Both the position numbers and the translations under genes were made by a program. 64,000 nucleotides of DNA from Eukaryota sp. GEM-RC1. Taxonomy: Eukaryota. This document shows, one piece after another, positions 12,835-27,060 of the stretch (the stretch's first letter is position 1; every line of letters starts with the position of its first letter). The notes beneath the pieces are model-generated. The model worked only from the letters and a program-made list of their open reading frames with translations. It made no database searches and was not told the DNA's origin. The stretch covers positions 682,001 to 746,000 of the forward strand of contig JAUFOQ010000005.1 of the NCBI GenBank assembly GCA_040285855.1, written 5' to 3'.

Positions 12835-13536
12835 ATGGTTGACACATTAGTCTATGTGGACTCATCCTCTTACAAATCTTCTTTAGCTGAGCGACTGGTT
12901 GAAGGTTTGCGTACCCATTTCGGCAGGGAATCTTCCTTGATTAAAATCTTCATCAATGAGTTAGATCCACGCGATTCCGTCCTTTGGAAGGAGAAGATCT
13001 ATACTCTATGCCTGAAACCTGTACGTGTTCAACCATCACGAATCTCTAAACCTAATATCGATCATTTACTCTTCAATGAACTTTTTTACGATTTATTAAC
13101 TGTATCCAAACAGAAGAGGAAAGAGTTGAAAATTGTCTTGGTCCTCGGAGAGTCTGATTATAATCCAGTTATTGATACTTTGCGTTCGGTTGTCAAACAA
13201 ACAATTGTATGTAGTAGAAAGAATGAACATGAGATGTATCCCACAACTGCACGGTTCATTTCTTTCGAGATGCTGACAGGGAACTATGTTACTGAATCGT
13301 TGACAAAAGCGAAAAACTTTCTTAGATCCGTTCTTGAAGAGCTTCAATGTGACCAGTCTCTTGATGTTACCGAACTCGACGACTATCTCGTCAAGAAGGA
13401 TTCTGACTATTGGCCTATGCGTTATGGGTGCACAAAAACGGATGTTTTGCTTGAAAAACTAGGAGTCTCCATTGATCCACCTCTCATTGTTGGATCTCTG
13501 CTTCATCGCCTGCGTACCACCTCTCTATTCATTTAA
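12835..13536 (+). CDS. NYN + OST-HTH/LOTUS paralogue with degenerate catalytic motifs
   Basis: Colinear with the 8284 ORF (VYVDSSS, IKIF, LFYDLL, VLVLGESDY, FISFEML, IDPP); LOTUS-like LDVTELDDYL..DYWPMRYG..LLEKL. Confidence 0.75.
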   Translation: MVDTLVYVDSSSYKSSLAERLVEGLRTHFGRESSLIKIFINELDPRDSVLWKEKIYTLCLKPVRVQPSRISKPNIDHLLFNELFYDLLTVSKQKRKELKIVLVLGESDYNPVIDTLRSVVKQTIVCSRKNEHEMYPTTARFISFEMLTGNYVTESLTKAKNFLRSVLEELQCDQSLDVTELDDYLVKKDSDYWPMRYGCTKTDVLLEKLGVSIDPPLIVGSLLHRLRTTSLFI

Positions 13537-14877
13537 AGGTTGTCGTTAAAGGGCATGTCGGTTCATTTAATTTGCTACAACTTTAACAACTACCATCACA
13601 TAGCCATCTCCTTGTTACAGATCAACTTTCCGAAGAAAGGTTTCCCAATACAGTCAGACCTCTATAACTTCTCACCCCCAATGATTTTGAACTTTGAGAT
13701 CACTTGTGAATGTGTTTACGATGATATTGTTTCATCAGTGATGACAATCAGACAATCTTCAGATCACAATTGAGTCATCTTTGAAGGTCTTTTCCGTCAT
13801 TTTTTTCTGTGTCAACTTTGCATCTTGCTTCTGCAACTATATCACAGTGGGTGATCTCCCAGTCTTATGTCTTGTGTAGAATTGTTGTAAGCAATCGATT
13901 ACATCAACTTTCATGCTTGTTTTAGGCACATTCTCGTCAATAAATCCAATATAGAGCATTCTCCACATATCGATATGTACATAGTCATTATTGCTTTTGT
14001 GATGAATGTTGCATGTTGGTTTTGAACAACACTACTCCAAAGCACATTTCACCAAAACGACATCGATGTGTAAAAGTGTTGTCGGAAACCCAAACTCACC
14101 CATGGTTAAGATAATACAGTGAGTTTTTGGCGAAGATTACGTGATCAGTTTCAATAACTTATTTGATGTTGTTCTGTAGCAAACTATCCGTTACCTTGTT
14201 GCTATTAGAGGGATGACTGTTGTTGTACATGGAAAATATGAGTGTGTGCTTTAATAAAAAGTTTTGGATCTCATCCTAGAGTAGATAGAGAACGAGTATA
14301 CTATGAGTATCACTCTTTTATTGCTCTTCAAAAGTGGCTCAAGATGACAGTCGTCGCTTTAACAATTACCATATAAAAATTGATGGTGATGAAACTGTTG
14401 TGGTCTATTGGTGATTAAATTGGATTAGTGTTATAGTTTTAACGTCCTGAAATAAACGATGTTATAGTTTTGCACTTAGAACTGTTGATGTGATTAGGCA
14501 AATCCGAGAATGAGAGAAATTCTTTCTCGTGTTGCTATACAATGGACAGACATAACATTTACACATAACAACAATATTTTACCAGATATAAATATTAATA
14601 TAATTAATATTAATATATTTATTAACAACAATACTACAAAATTTGTCGACGAAAGCTCAAAAATAATCTGTTGATCCGACGACGAAGAAATGAAAGAATA
14701 ACGTCTACCATCATTGGCAACGATTTCGTAATTTGCCAGGTCAAATTCATATGTAAACCTTCTAGTCAGTTGATGTGGCTGTGTATCGGAGGAGACCAGA
14801 ATTAGCATCATCATCTGCACGGAATTACTGGTTGTAAACATTCATTCAAAAATACAAAAATTTAAACGACATCTTTA

Positions 14878-16800
14878 TCATATCGTATCAGTACCAGGTA
14901 ATGCAAACAAATAAGGATTGACTCTCACACGAGGCATGTAGACATCTTCTGGATCTTCAACACTTGCTTCACGATTTTTCAAGAATTTCTTTACTATAAC
15001 AAAACATGTAAATACCAAACAAACAGAAGCAACAATCACAATCAATAACAACGTATAACTGCTAAACCCAGGTAGTACGGTGGATGACCCTGGGGTTTTT
15101 GGAGGTGGAACATAATGTGAAAGAGTGATATTGAAGAGTTCTTCAGAGATTACGCAGTCTTTTGAGAAGAATACGGTTGTATTTGATAAACTGAAATCAT
15201 GATTCATTCCAAGAACAACCTTACGAGGAGTAACCAAAACGATTGTTTGAATACCATTAGGATTAGTCGATTCAATCTGAACATTTAGAGAATACAAGTC
15301 AGAGTCATCAAGTTGAGAATCAAAAACACTTGGTTCAGAGAACTTACATTCAATTTTGGAATAATTAACCACTTCACAATAAATATTTGAAGAAGAATAA
15401 GGGCCAAACGTCAAATGATTGACAAAAGAAGGTCCAAATAATTCCAGAGCATAACTTCTATATTATTGTATAGTTATTATATTATTTTTTTAAAGATTTT
15501 GTTTAAGTACAAGACTGAATATTACAAGACCAGAATAAATAGACCCTGAAAGATGACAATAATCACAAGGATCACCAAGAACAACATAACCTTTGGTTTG
15601 CTTATTTTGAAGTGATACAATGCCTGTTTCGATAATAGACTTAGACATTTCTGCCACGTAGAATCCTCGTTTGATTCAAAGAAGCAAGTCGAAGTAAAGA
15701 TCAAAGCCCCCTCTTCTCCACTGGATTCCAAAGTTCCAAAGGCACAGTCATCAATAGACATGGTACCAGACCCTTGGCCTATGACTGTTGATTCTCCTCC
15801 ACTGGTGTGTTGGCAAATATCAGAAGACGAGGCAAACAAGTCATATTCAACAAGACAATGTGAGCAACTACTGACAAGAACATTTGACGTGCCAAATGTA
15901 AAACAAATGAGATACTCTTGACCAGACTTGAGGATGACGTCATGATAAGGTGTTGGAATAGTACCAGAACAAGAAGAAGAAGTGCACCTAAAGATAACAA
16001 CAACCTGAAAGTTAGTCTGTCCAGTATTTGAAATGATTAATTCTGAGGTACATTGTAGCACTAGTGTAGGTTAGTTATGGACCATGTCAGAATAACAAAA
16101 ATCTGTAATGTTCTAAGGTAGCTGTAGTCTCTATGTATTTGTGGTTAATTGGAAAGCAGTGACTGAGAAAGCTACATATTTGTAAAGGTCATCTAAAGAA
16201 TTTGATCCAGTAAATTTAGGAACAAAATAATTACTTTATTCAGAGAGCAAAACTATCAGAAACAAGAAGACAACTACTCTTGGAGGTTTATATATTAATA
16301 TTTGGAAAGACTGGTGATGTTAGCAAACTTTAACTACTGATTTCAGCTGAAATACATTCTCAGGAAGCTGGAAAACTGGGTTTTGCCATCGGTGATGACA
16401 ATAAGTAGGATTTTAAAGTAACTATGTTTGAGAGGACATCAGATAATTAAGTAAGTTGAAAAGAAACATGACTTCTGTTAAATGTAAAATATAATACTTA
16501 TTAACAAGCGATACAGAACCAAACAACGATATTAAGATAATAACTTATTTCCTCTGCACGTTTTCGACAGATATTCCTCCAAAATATATTATTACATATA
16601 AAATTGAAATGATGAGATGTCTAACGCTGTTGACTTAATTTCAAACAAATCGTTTGTTCCAAGCGGAACATTCGATTACAGGAAAGGTAGCACTAGAATT
16701 ATTATTGATTTACATGTATTTCATCGTATAGATGTGGGTTACTTCCATTATTTAATACTATAATAATAATCAACAGCAAAAAATTAAACAAATTTGACAT
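14878..16800 (-). CDS. Probable Cys/Ser-rich single-pass membrane protein; split ORFs, 5' boundary uncertain
   Basis: ORFs 15522-16061 and 14878-15414; C-terminal hydrophobic segment LLLIVIVASVCLVFTCFVIV followed by KKFLK. Confidence 0.45.
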
Positions 16801-17429
16801 CAATCAGATATTTGGTGCAGTGTTTGTCCAGTGTTTTTTGGAGCAATCGCAATATCTTTCACTTGTTCTCCCTGTATTGCTATGTCCTTCTTCTGATCGT
16901 TTATAATTGAATATTTCTTTTATTGCAAATAAAGGTATTGCAACACTCCATCCTTCTTGTATTACTGTAGCTTAAAATGATATTTCGGTGTTTTCGTCTG
17001 TTATTCCAATAAAAAGAAATAAAATGAGTACTTATAGTATTTATAATCAATACAGAGACCCTAACGGTCTTTATCCAATCGGTTTACAATCGGTTTATCA
17101 CATCAGGTTGATTATTCTGTTATCAATCAACAACAGACTGTAGCTCATCCCGAAGCCACACCAGAATTATCCTTTGAGTATGGTAGTAGTTTTGAATATG
17201 CAAAAGTAACCTCAGCTACCATCGGCTCGTAGTTGAGGAGCTGAAACGACTAAGCAGATGTTTACCCATTTACAGTCAGGTTACATCCAGAAAACAACAT
17301 GCCTGCTTCTAATTCAGCTTATGTAAAAGAAACCCTTAAAACAGAAACCAGGTCATTTTCTGCAAACCAGCTGAAGGAGCTGAAATAATACCTTAAATGC
17401 CTCACTCAGAGCCTTTGAGCTGAGTTATT

Positions 17430-18939
17430 CGCAAAAGATTCCACATTTATACTAATGAAGTTCCAAGTAATAAAGGATTCTTTACTGAATTTATGGAAGT
17501 CGTTGATACCACAGGTTTACATGGTTCTGCTGAATTGCATGCAGCAATCATGATGGATTGGATTAAAGAAATTGAAGCAGAGAATCCTTTTGGATCTGTG
17601 CAGATAATGCTGCGGAGAAGGTAAGAAGAGATGATTGATGGCACAGGAAAAAATTGTTCATGTCACATGGGGTGGTTGTGTTTGTCACTCTCGGTTTGTT
17701 TTTAGAAGACATCAACAAGATTCAATCAATTAAGAATATAATCACTGGTTCCAAAAAAATCAGTGTTTGAGAACAACACACGAATTTATTCTGTATTTCA
17801 TTCATTTTCGGATTTAAATTTATTGAATCCGTCTGCAACTCGATTCACAAGTGTATTCATTATGCTTGAAAGATTACTGATCTACCACATCATCCGTCTC
17901 TTTGTTCATCGACTGCGCGGAAGCCAAATGAAACACTCGAAGCATTGTCTGACCGGATCTTAAACTATGCTCAGATTAAAGGAAACTTCGGCTTTAAGTA
18001 TTTACAGTAAGATTTCGACATTGATTACAGAATGGCGTATGATGTATTAAATGTTATGCAAACAACACCCTTAATCTCCAAAAAGTGAACTTGTAAGCAA
18101 GCCCTTTTATCAACTGTAATTGATGAAAAATTCTGAGATGAGAAGTCAACATTCCGAGGAAGTGTTGCCAAAGCCAAAGGTAAAGAAGACTATTGTTGAA
18201 ACACAAACTCTACTGTATACACCTACAACACTACTTCTCCCCCTTTAATTGACGGAAGAGTGTCGGACAATAGTAATAGGAACAATCATAAATCACCATA
18301 CTTTCTGTATGACTTCATCTTCTAACGACTCAAAGCAGCGAGAGATCTAAGTTCAAAAAGATGTAAAATAATGTAATTGTGTGCTGTTGAGGCCAATTGT
18401 AGCCTCAACAGTTTTAAAAAGAGTGTTCAACAGGGCTTAATAGAGGAGTATATTAGCCTTTTTCAGAATACTCGTGAAAGTGACTAGAGTTCAAAAAGAG
18501 TCCGTAATTGATAAAATTGATGGTTGTTTGAATGAAATTTCTTCAATCAACGAAGAGGAACAACTATTTAAAATGATTACGTTATTCAAAAAGACTGACT
18601 GTGATCACAGTGGATCCAGAGCTGTGACAAAGACAAGATTCAACAACAATGAGTATCGTCATCGTACTCCTTGTCAGTCATGACGTGATCGTACTCCTTG
18701 TCAGGGAGTACAAGGAGTACAACAGCAGCAGATCATGTTCATGAATACTGAATGATGGAAGTCAAAGGGACTGGATTTCCTAACCAATTAGAGCGACAGT
18801 ACAGGTGATTCAAGTTTATGGTTCTGAAGTATTGATGTATGAAGCGGGGAACTTCACCCAGTGATAGGTTTGGGGTCGCCAGGGTGATTCTCAAATGTTG
18901 AGGGTGAAGTGGCCCCACCCGAGTGATTTGGGAGTCCTA
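17430..18939 (+). mobile_element. Degraded hAT (DUF659-type) element remnant with a probable right terminus
   Basis: HVTWGGCVCH, PSATRFTSVFIMLERLL; ends GATTTGGGAGTCCTA with GGGTGA subterminal motifs. Confidence 0.55.
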
Positions 18940-18966
18940 GTGTGAGCAATGTTACATAAAGAATAA

Positions 18967-20618
18967 ATGCTTGATTTCTACAAGATGAACCCGTCACCTC
19001 CACACGATGTTCTCTTGAAACTTTTCATCAATCAGTCTCTTTCTAAGGTTGCTATAGACTCTAGCACTGCCCTAAAACATTCCTGTTCTTTTACTTGTTC
19101 AATAAAAGACGTCAATACTACCAAACTGATTCTTGTTTGCCAAACACATACTTCCTCTCACTTCTCTCCCGTTATAGAAGCTCAGAATTCCATATTCTCC
19201 ATACCCAGAAGCTACATTTCTTTAGACTCTCAACATCCCTTTATCCGCCTACTTGTTCTTGACGCCACCTCCTTTACCTCCAATGGTTACAACATCCTTG
19301 GTTCAGTCGAAGTTAACACAATTAAATCCTTCTCCCAAGGTTCCTGCACTTATCCCTGTAACATCAGCCCTTTGTTCCCACACTCAATGTCTCCTCTACC
19401 TTCCTTCTGTGGTGAACTTACTCTCACAGTTCACACCCCCAAACACGACGACTTCTCTCTGGACATGGCACTTGAACACTTGTCACTTCGTTCTACTAAT
19501 CTTAAATCATTAGATCATCAGTTTAGACAGACTTCTCAACGATTCTTCTCTTCTTTTAAAGGTCTTCTCTCTTCATGGAAGGAAAGGTACTCATCAATCA
19601 CGTCATCAAATGAACTTGGTCAGTCGTTGCTACTGCCTCTGTTTATTTCCCCATGTGTGATCAATCATCGTTTGATACCGACACCTCAACATGCAGCTCG
19701 TTTAGTCTCACTTATTCCGTTGAAATCTCTTGACAATGACGTGATTGGTCAATCAAAACAAGAAGTATGGCTCACTCCAACGTCAACACTTTCCCTATTG
19801 TACGGTGACGTAATTGACCATTGCAATCTATTAGCTTCAATGTTGATCTACTTTGGACTAAATGCTTTTGTTGGTATTGGTACTTACAAGTCTAAATACC
19901 AAGCATATGTTCTAACTCTAAATGAGGATAATAAAGCGTTAATTTGGGATACAACTACCGGGAAAAGATTTAGTGCTTTGAGAAGTGATTTACCTTTTGA
20001 AAATGTTTGTTTAATTTACAATGGGTCGTCGTTGTTTTTTAATGTTCAAAAGAGGGTTTATTAAAATATGTTCAATTTGAATTAATGAATCCACAAATGT
20101 GGTTATCGTTCAGTCCGAATTGTATCAAAAGTCAACGTGTTCATTTTGAACCGTTTAATGTCGTGATTGATGATGTTATCGATCAAAATTTGATTGGATC
20201 ATGGGAAACAGAAGCCCAAGTGTCCGTCATGTATTCTCTAGAACAACATCGATTGGTTTTCAATCATTCCACAAAATATTCAAATGTATTTGAACCGCTA
20301 CTTCGCCAAGCTCTTTTCTCCTATGAAAATGAACGTCTTTTTGGTGTTTCAGTATCGTCTGATTTGTTTGCACAATCAGTGCATCACTTAGTCCCGGATA
20401 ACTTCACTTTCCGAGCTGTTCCGGTGCAGATCAAGTCACCAATCAAATTTGATTCGATTGGTCAGATCGTTCTTACCAGTTTGAATTCCACTGTAGCGGG
20501 AAAAGAGTTATTATCTCTTGAAAGCGGTGAGTTTTCTGTTGTAGTGTCTATTTATAGTTACTCTCAGAATATTTATGCTCTTTGGATTTTAGTTGCCGCA
20601 ATTTTTGAAAATGAGTAA
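18967..20618 (+). CDS. CEP76: Centrosomal protein CEP76-like (C2-like + transglutaminase-like domain); one frameshift near 20050
   Basis: TPQHAARLV, KQEVW, GDVIDHCNLLASML..GLNAFVGIGT, WDTTTGKRF, ALFSYENER, VPDNFTF; adding one A in the run at ~20048 restores the frame. Confidence 0.8.
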
Positions 20619-21234
20619 AATTATTTTTTGCGGGCTTTGGTGTTCTACTGTTTAAGTGAAGTTTCATTCTTTTTTTTAACTTCTCTTTCTGACAGTCGTT
20701 TGTGTCATTTTGTTTTGTATAATATTTCTTTTTTCTTGTATTCAATCACATTAATTTGTGTTGTATCATATTGTATCGTATTGGACTTTAGTTTGATCCT
20801 TTTCCCATCAATTTTCTATTATTCTGTTGGTTATTTAATCATATTTCTAGGTAGATGGATGTTTTTGAGTTTAATTATCCATAAACCCTCAACTTATTTT
20901 TGTTCTTGTGATTGATTTTCGATTTTAGTCCAACCCCAGTGTCCTTGAAACTTGATATTCAATTAAGTCATCAATTGGCTACATCACTCATAAGCTCAAA
21001 GATTACAACAAACATATTGTTAAACAACAGTAGGAACAAAATATAAACCCGCAGATATTTTAAGTCAGCGTAGTCACACAACCTATTTTATTGACTGAAA
21101 ACAAGTCTATTCAAAAGATTCCACAAAAGGTCTACAATTATAAAACAACAATGGCAAAAAATTTATCCCAATTGTACAATGAAATCAAAACTATAAAGGA
21201 CGAGCAAATAAATATCAAAAAGATTCCAATCATT

Positions 21235-22503
21235 TTACATAGCACTCCTTCGACCTGGAAACTGATTATTACCCAATATCCGTGATAATCTACGATCTCT
21301 ATCGAGCCTTCGGCTACTCTCTCTTCTATTAACTTTAGAATTAGACATGTAATACCAATCTAGCGTATTACCACCTTCTTCGGGCTTCCGTTGACCAGGT
21401 CGTTGAGATTCCACTTGACGCTGTTCTTCTACTTGTTTATAGTCTACAACAGGGTTACGTAGCTCTGCAGGAGTCTGGGCAGCCTCAGCAATAGCGGGAG
21501 AAGGAGTGACCTTTTCCTCTGGGGAACTTCGGGATCTCTTGTCGACGTCATCACGTGATAGTTGAGTCCAATCATAAATGTAGTCGTATTGAAATCCTTC
21601 ACGATTAAATAAGTCACGGAAGAGCTTTCGGAGGTAGGCGTAGTCGGGCTTATCGTCAAACCTTAGAGCACGGGTATAGTTGAGGTACGTAGCGAATTCT
21701 TGAGGGTATCCACGGCATAGAGTTTCTACTGGGGTGCTCATCTTACGTTCCGAGATCTTCTCATACTTCTCACGCTTCGTGGCTGCTTTGAGACTCTGCC
21801 AGGGGGAGGGATCCGCGGATGAAGTAGACGAAGACGTAACCAAGGGTTTCAAGATCGTCTCTTCGGGATTGTTCAATTCCTAGATGTGTGTTGATAGAGG
21901 CGTAGCGGGCCGTTCCAGTGAGATTCTTGTGTTCTCTGTATGGTATATGGGCGTGGGTTTTGTGATCACGGTACTTCTTGGCGAGACCGAAATCAACCAA
22001 ATGTACAATGTTCTGTTTGTTGCCAGAGCCCATGAGGTAGTTGTCGGGTTTTATGTCGCGGTGGAGGAAGTTACGTTGATGTACGTACTCAATACGGGAG
22101 ATCATTTGGTCAGCAAGCATGAGAGTAGTTTTGAGAGATAAGCGACGGCCGCAAAGATTAAAGAGATCTTCGAGTGACGGACCAAGTAGATCCATGACCA
22201 TTACATTGTAGTCTCCCTCAACGCCAAACCAGCGGACGTGAGGGATGCCAACTATGATGAGAAGGGAGGGGAAGACATACTTCCTCCTGCTAATAGGCGG
22301 TAAAGCTTAGATTCGTAAATGAGTTGTGGATGGGAGGTCTTGAGACTTTCGAATTTGATGGCGACTTCCTCACCAGTTGTGATGTTGGTACCAAGATGTA
22401 TATCTCCAAAAGAACCCTGAGTTGAGGGAAAACGAAGCGGACTTCATACCTGTCCAATTCGTTTACCGACACGGTATTTGTCCCCAACAATAGTAGGAAC
22501 CAT
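21235..22503 (-). CDS. CK1: Casein kinase 1 (delta/epsilon-like); two introns and one homopolymer frameshift near 21805
   Basis: [61 protein letters not shown]. Confidence 0.97.
22252..22280 (-). other. 29-nt spliceosomal intron in CK1
   Basis: GTATGT...CATAG; removal gives GGIGIPHVRW. Confidence 0.9.
22417..22449 (-). other. 33-nt spliceosomal intron in CK1
   Basis: GTATGA...CTCAG; removal gives IGQGSFG. Confidence 0.9.
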
Positions 22504-23164
22504 AAGTTACAGAAAGATGTGGTAAGTAAAGGTGGTAGAGAGAGCTCTTTCTGAAAGAAAGTTTTTGGAATTGAAAGCTGTGTTGATGTATTGAGCAATC
22601 TTCCTCATTGTAATACTACTACTACAATAGTTGTGTTCCTCTGTACTGCACGACATCATTCTCTTTTCATACAGAGTTCAAAATCCATGCGAAGTCTCAT
22701 GATGTATTCTCTTCATCGACTGAGCTTTACGTCACTTTTTTGACTGAGTGTCACCTGACTGGTAACAACTCCGAAAGCTTCATACACATTTTTCTTCTTT
22801 TAAAGGTATGGTTGCTTGTGTTTCACATATCATTATCGTCTTTTTGACGTTATGAGTTTAAATGGAAAATACAATCAAAATCTTTCTTTCACTCCATAGA
22901 TTCACATCTGTTCCATGTAAAACCATTGAACAAGTGTTCACATGCAGGACTAGTTGGTCTGTAAAAGTTAAACCAAATATTTGGAGCGTATCTTTAACAA
23001 TTTTATATAATGTCCTACGATTGGATTCGGTTCCCAAAGTGTGAATCCCCAAGTGTAACGGTCCCAATTGAGTCATTGATAAACTGTACATCTAGATCTT
23101 CATCCTCATGAATAATTGATTCCAATTTCGAAAATTACATCTAGATACAACTGTTTCTCTTTTT

Positions 23165-25956
23165 ATGAATCATCTTCTCACAGAACGACAACCAACCACT
23201 GAGAAATTGGATCAATGTTTTCGATGCGAACACAAATTGGATGCCAGATTCATTTCAACAGTCCGTCCCTTGAAGGATGTCATGCAGCAGCCTTTCTGGT
23301 GTCGATGTAGTCCTAAACTACTAGTGCTCCCAGCTAATAAGAAAGGTACTCATACTTGTCGTTTAACTGGAATTCAATGTGAAAATCCGTTTACGAAGTC
23401 GGTTTACTTCCCATGTGATTCCTGTGCTGTAGAAGGTGTATCGATCTGTCCTGTGGATGGTGAAACCTCTGTTGTTGGACATTTTTTATCTGATCGTTGT
23501 ATTTTGTATTTGGTTGATGCGTCCGCATCTAAACCCAATCCATTTAACTCTCACATGCTTTCGTTTGAGACTAATTTGGAGCATCGCGTCGGTACTGTTT
23601 TAACGGCAGTGGATGTCTGCAGAGTCTATTCATCGTTGGGAAATACTGTCGCATATAGCGATGTCCAGACTCCATTTGCTAATGGAACCGAAACCTTTTA
23701 CATCAGTCGCCTCTTCAACTTCCTTGTTCTAGGATCATTGACATAGCAGCCACTCTTAAAGGAGTTGCTGTTCTAACTGACAATGGTCTCGCTCTTAGTG
23801 ACTTAAATCTTTCTCTAAAGTGTCATCTTTCAAGATCCGATATCAACTCCATTGCTTTTGTCACAGATCGTATTCTCGCAATCGCCACTCCTAGTCAATT
23901 GTTCTTCCTCAACATCAACGATTCCCTTACACCACTCTACTTCTTATCTCTTCCTCAAAGCACATCCAAATGGACTATTCATTCATCTGCTAATTCCTTC
24001 TTCACTTTAACTAGTGCTAATCGTGTTGTCATTGGTAAAATGGATGGTCGTACTGACCCCAAAGCTATTCAACTTGTTAACTCTGAACCTCTTTACTGTT
24101 CAAATCCTGTTTTGTTTGGAAGTGATCTTGACTTTTGTTTTGTAGCTTTCAACAAAGAACATCGGATTTATACCCTATCAAATGTTCATTTCACTTCCTT
24201 TCACTTTGATTCTCGCAATCCTCTTCAACAACAATCCCTCCCTCAAGTTGGACCCATTCACATCTCTCTTTCTCCAGTTCAACCCACTCCTGTTGTCAAT
24301 GGTAAACCTAAGGTCCATGAGGACAAAGCATCACTTCAGATTTGTCCTTTTAAACCCACCCTTCTCTGTGACAGATTTCTCCAATGCCAACAAGAAGAAC
24401 TCTTAACAGATAGTGTCATTGTCTTTCATGGTAAACGTTTCTCTTGTCATTCTTCTTATCTTGCTTCTTTCAGTAAAGTCTTACGGACTAAATTCAATAC
24501 TTCATCCACTGAAGTTGTCTTTCCCGAACTTGAAGCTTCTGTTTCTGATCCTGATCACTTCTTCCAAGTATTCCAATACTTCTATGGACATCCTATGCAT
24601 CTCACCGTTCAAAACGTTGGTCATGTTCTTTCTCTATGTTCTTCTCTTCAACTTGAGTTGTTTTCTCAATCAATTCTTGAGACAATGACCAAATGGTCGG
24701 ATCGTTCAAAACCTTTTCAATTACAGCTAGATTCCAATGAAATTGTGACTAGAATGTGTTCAACTCTTCAAAGAGATGTCGTTCTAACTTATTTAGATGA
24801 CGAAATTGTCATTAGTTCAATTTTTTAATTTGTTGTTCAAAAATATTTAAAAATCTGTTCTGCTCTAACTTTGCCGATCATTCCCTTCGAAAGATCTCTT
24901 ATCATGACGAGTTTATTGGAATTACTGGTGAGGAATTCCAGTCTTTCTTGATTCCTTTACTGGTAAATCAATCGTTCTTAACTCAGACAATGTCCTGAGT
25001 TTTTATCAACTTTCAGTCTATTTTCTAGTAGAAGAGTTAAGGCAGGAGTGTATTGTGTTTTTAACTGGAATCAGTGGTAATAATGATTTGTTAAAACTTC
25101 TTTCAACCGCTTCGGAAATGAATCTATCCCTTTCTTTTATAGAAAACTGTATTTGTTTTAAACAAATGATTTCTCTAATTAGTTCACCACCTTTTCCATT
25201 ACCCCTCAACTTTTTTTCGTGTCTTTTACCTGATGTCGATAATTGTTGGTTAATTAAATGTTTAGTGCTTACTGTGCAGAATACTGAAGCAAATCAGTTG
25301 GATACCTCCGAATTACTACAAATTTTAAATTTGTTTGAAGTAGATTCATCAAACATTGGTAATGTATATATATCTGCAAGACCCTTATTTCAACGAAAGA
25401 TTCTTGGAAAAGTACTTTTGATTGGTCTATGACTATTTTTCCAACAATTTCTCCTGACAAAATACCTTGTGAATGGTTTTGTTGGTGTTTTAATTATCTT
25501 AATTGCAATTTCCAAAGAGTTCCAAGTTTCTTTAAGACATGTTTTAGTACAATTGTTACTATTAAATCCTTGCAATATATCTCTTCAATTTTATTCATTC
25601 CTGAAGTTTTTCAAAGTTTGTCCTCATATCTATCTTCGGAATACACAATATTCCTACTAAAATCACTAATTTCTTCCTGGAAGTCTCTTGAAGTCTCTAA
25701 TTTTTGGTCTGTTGAAGACTTTGTCAGTTGTCTATCAGCTTTAAATATTGACTCAAATCCAATTGAATTTTTAAATCTGATAACCCCTTTATGTATTGAC
25801 CAGAGACTTCAATCTTTCTTAAACAACTTTATTTCAATTAATTCAGTGAGAGTTATGAGTAATCAAAATCAAGAAATATCAAAATTGAAGAATAAATTGG
25901 ACAATGCCCTAAGCCTACTCAATCATCACGAACGTATTCTTAGCTCATCAAAGTGA
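23165..25956 (+). CDS. BTB/POZ protein, copy 1: long Cys-rich/beta-rich N-terminal extension, BTB-BTB-helical core, no C-terminal beta domain; frameshifted
   Basis: LTDSVIVFHGKRFSCHSSYLASFSKVLR; RDVVLTY; DNA homology to the four downstream copies. Confidence 0.8.
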
Positions 25957-26399
25957 TAAATGTGTGTTCATTGTTATATCTTTTTGACTGGAGAGTGTTT
26001 ATATGGTTTTTTGTGAATAAAACGACATTTTATCATTCGGTTGTTGGAATTGAGGTTGATGTTGTAATCATAGTGATTCTGAAAATGATATCAGAACAAT
26101 TCGTTCTTGAAATTGTTATTGTTCTTTAGCTCTTTACATATCCCACTTTTCTGTATCTACAATTACAGCAACAGCACAGTACCCGTATGCGTAAATCATT
26201 TGTATGTTTTTGCTTATTCATATTTATTTAGGAAGGGTACCTTATTGGGTATCGAATATAATTAATTGTATGCAGATTCTGAGAAATCTGCACAAAGTCT
26301 TAAAGATTTCTCATTCAACAATAAACACATATTTATCCTTTACACTTATCAACGTCGACCTAACAGCAACATTTGTTTGAATCTTTGATTAGCACAGAA

Positions 26400-27060
26400 G
26401 AACACCAAATCAACAAGAAGTGAAACGTTCAAACACGCTCCTTTGTTTGGATAATGGACTGTACACTCCAATGTCTGTCATCAGCACCATACGCCCCTGA
26501 TTTCCAAAGAATTTTGAGTGCAACTTGACGACATCATCTCGTGAGCCATTCCTTTATCACTAAGTTTTGAGAGTGTACTTTTCCAGTCTATGCCAAGAAG
26601 TCGTGTTCATCTTAATTTCTTTCTTCACATATTCATAAAACTCGTCTAGAGCAGGACTCATATCGTCTGGTATTTAACTCTAAGAACTGCTATTTATAAG
26701 CACTTGTCTCTTTACCTTGTGTACGGACCAACAATGACGTCATGCATTGTCCAAACAGAACAGCTTTGTAGCAGATGACTATATTCTGGATCAAACATAT
26801 GTGAAGCTATACGAAGCTCTGTCACAATTTGCCAACAGTGAAGGGTGATACACTCTGATCTCATTGTCTGATAAAAAGTTCATCCTCTGAGTAGAAGACC
26901 ACTCTTGTAATTGTTGGACGATGACCTAGAGTTTGCTGATGATAGCTCTATCTATATCTGTAAAGTGAATCAAGTCTACAAAGGGTTCTCATAAGTTTTT
27001 GAGTTCTCCACTTAAAGGCCACTATTCGTGTTCAGTGTCAATAATTACAGCAATTTGGTG
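26400..27060 (-). pseudogene. Highly degraded hAT transposase remnant
   Basis: Only ELRIASHMFDPEY recognisable. Confidence 0.3.

Noticed and set aside
24413..24688. Recurrent 91-aa ORF MSLSF.VNVS... (also at 35962, 52798, 56821, 61284)
   Set aside because: Alternative frame of the BTB coding sequence with a non-ATG start; it recurs only because the DNA is duplicated
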